Source: Macrostomum lignano (lineage: Eukaryota). From it: DNA of 64,000 nt. Below, in pieces: positions 62,363 to 64,000 of the stretch. Numbering within the stretch: the first letter of the stretch is position 1; each line of letters begins with the position of its first letter. The stretch is taken from positions 558,001 through 622,000 of the forward strand of contig NIVC01000142.1 in the NCBI GenBank assembly GCA_002269645.1. Reading direction: 5' to 3'. Position numbers and translations under genes: made by a program. The notes below the pieces were generated by a model. The model was not told the DNA's origin and ran no database searches. It saw only the letters and a program-made list of their open reading frames with translations.

Positions 62363-63190
62363 GTTTATATAATGTCTACAAACCAAAAGCCACTAGGGGG
62401 CTAGGCTTTTTTCATGCAACGCCTACTTTAGTCATTAGGCCTAGCCTATTACCAAAAAAGGACTTGAGTTTTAACAATTTTTCCTAAGCCTCCAATTAGT
62501 TAAGTTGTTTTTAGCATTTTAAACCACTCATATCCCTAGCAAAGTTGCATTAGTTGACGGCAGTTTTGGATTTCAACTGATATATCTTCATCAAAAATCT
62601 ACAAAGTTGAGAAGAAAGTTTTTCATTATAATAAGCATCTGCACCCTTTCACTTTTGTCTTATAATCCCCCTCAATATATAACAGGTCCATTTTACTAAG
62701 GGGATCATGAGATGAAAATGAGACAAAAAAGGGGGGCCCTAGAAGCAGATGCATTAGTTATAATAAATTTTCCCTTCTTACTTTTGCAGAATGTCAAGAG
62801 ATAGCCAAGACAAAACAAAAGGATATCCATTTGATAAAGATGTTATCTAGGCCTAGCAAAAAAGACTATTGAGTTCAAATGGTATGCTGCTTTTCCTATG
62901 TGCCATAAAGACCTGCCAATATCTTTTTTACACTAGAAAACAAAACTAACTGTCTAGGCATTCAAATAATCCTTTTTTGAATGCCTAGACACTTGTTATT
63001 GGCTTAGTGCATGTTGGACAAAGGACAGTTTCTAGAAAGAGTCTGTTCTAATATAGGAATAATAGCTAGTTATCATAATTTAAAAACCTTATATACAAAG
63101 GATGCAATTAATCTTCTAAGTCTTAAATAACTTAGTTACATGAAAAGAGCCTAGGCCCCTAGTGGCTTTTGGTTTGCAGACATTATAAAC
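62363..63190. mobile_element. TIR element/MITE with about 55-bp inverted ends
   Basis: 62363-62420 (GTTTATATAATGTCTACAAACCAAAAGCCACTAGGGGG...) is inverted at 63136-63190. Confidence 0.65.
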
Positions 63191-64000
63191 ATTGAAATAG
63201 TTTTTTAATGAAATCATTGATTAGGGCCTAATAATAATATTATAATAATATCTTAAAATTTCAAAATATAATCCTTCCAATACAATTTTACTATTTGTGT
63301 GATTATAATTTGAAACCAATAAAGCTCTTATAGTTTTGTCTTACAATTATCTATATATAATTTCACTTTTTAAATTAACATATTGCAAAAGCAAATATAA
63401 ACTATGTTCTTAAAAGACACTACAATATAGTTATAGTATATATAGATTTCAAAATTGTAAAATGTAGGTCATCATTGATAAAAAACAAAATTGCTAGATA
63501 CATTTTCTTGACTTCAAAATGGTTAGCATAAATGTTGTTTAGGGTTATTGACATTTTGTTGTGTTAAGAGGCCTTCACAAATTATAAGGCAGAAGGGCCA
63601 ACAAAACCTACTGCCCTAGTTATACATGTGCATCAGTCGGCTGAGTTGGCCAATCCAGCCAACTGATTTGGTGGCCAACCAAGGTAAGTCGCAAAAATGC
63701 CCACCCAAATAAATACCCAAGTAGTACTAAGTAGATAATAAGGCATTTTGCCATGATAAAACAATCATATTTACTCCTGCTATTTACCCAAAGTTGCTTT
63801 AATTTTGCTTTAGGGTTTCTTTCACATATAAGTTGCATTTTTGGCCAAAAACTACGTTGCATTTTTTGTTAAAACTAAGTCACATGGCTGACCCAATTTT
63901 GAAGGTTGCGCATGTATGGCCCTAGCCCAAGATACTAGAAGGTATTGCCAACTCTTTGGATATTGAAGAGTTATCACTATTGACTAGGCCAATAGCAGGG

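Overview
Eukaryotic, intron-containing animal genomic DNA. GC-rich exons and minisatellite-filled introns suggest a free-living flatworm such as Macrostomum, but this is inference only. Six protein-coding genes could be reconstructed by hand from splice sites: two intact tandem five-exon tetraspanin paralogs (+), single-exon MRPL17 (-), a four-exon 463-aa basic Ser/Pro/Lys/Arg-rich repeat protein ending in a CaaX box (-), a three-exon PP2A B55 regulatory subunit (+), and the main exon of CAF-1 p150/CHAF1A (-, first exon not found). The rest is a dense mix of transposable elements (two LINE remnants, two tRNA/CORE-type SINEs, a solo LTR, MULE/hAT/mariner-type elements, MITEs, Gypsy gag relics) and about ten minisatellites. 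The leading candidates for novelty are the NLS-rich basic repeat protein with a C-terminal CSVM prenylation motif (a possible chromatin-to-nuclear-membrane tether), a 3.9-kb MULE-type element with 214-bp TIRs and a perfect 9-bp TSD carrying decayed retrotransposon cargo, CpG-depleted blocks with a CpG plus CpA to T mutation signature, and a CAF-1 p150 that appears to end in a PIP-like box without the winged-helix domain. No CRISPR array, rRNA or true tRNA gene was found.
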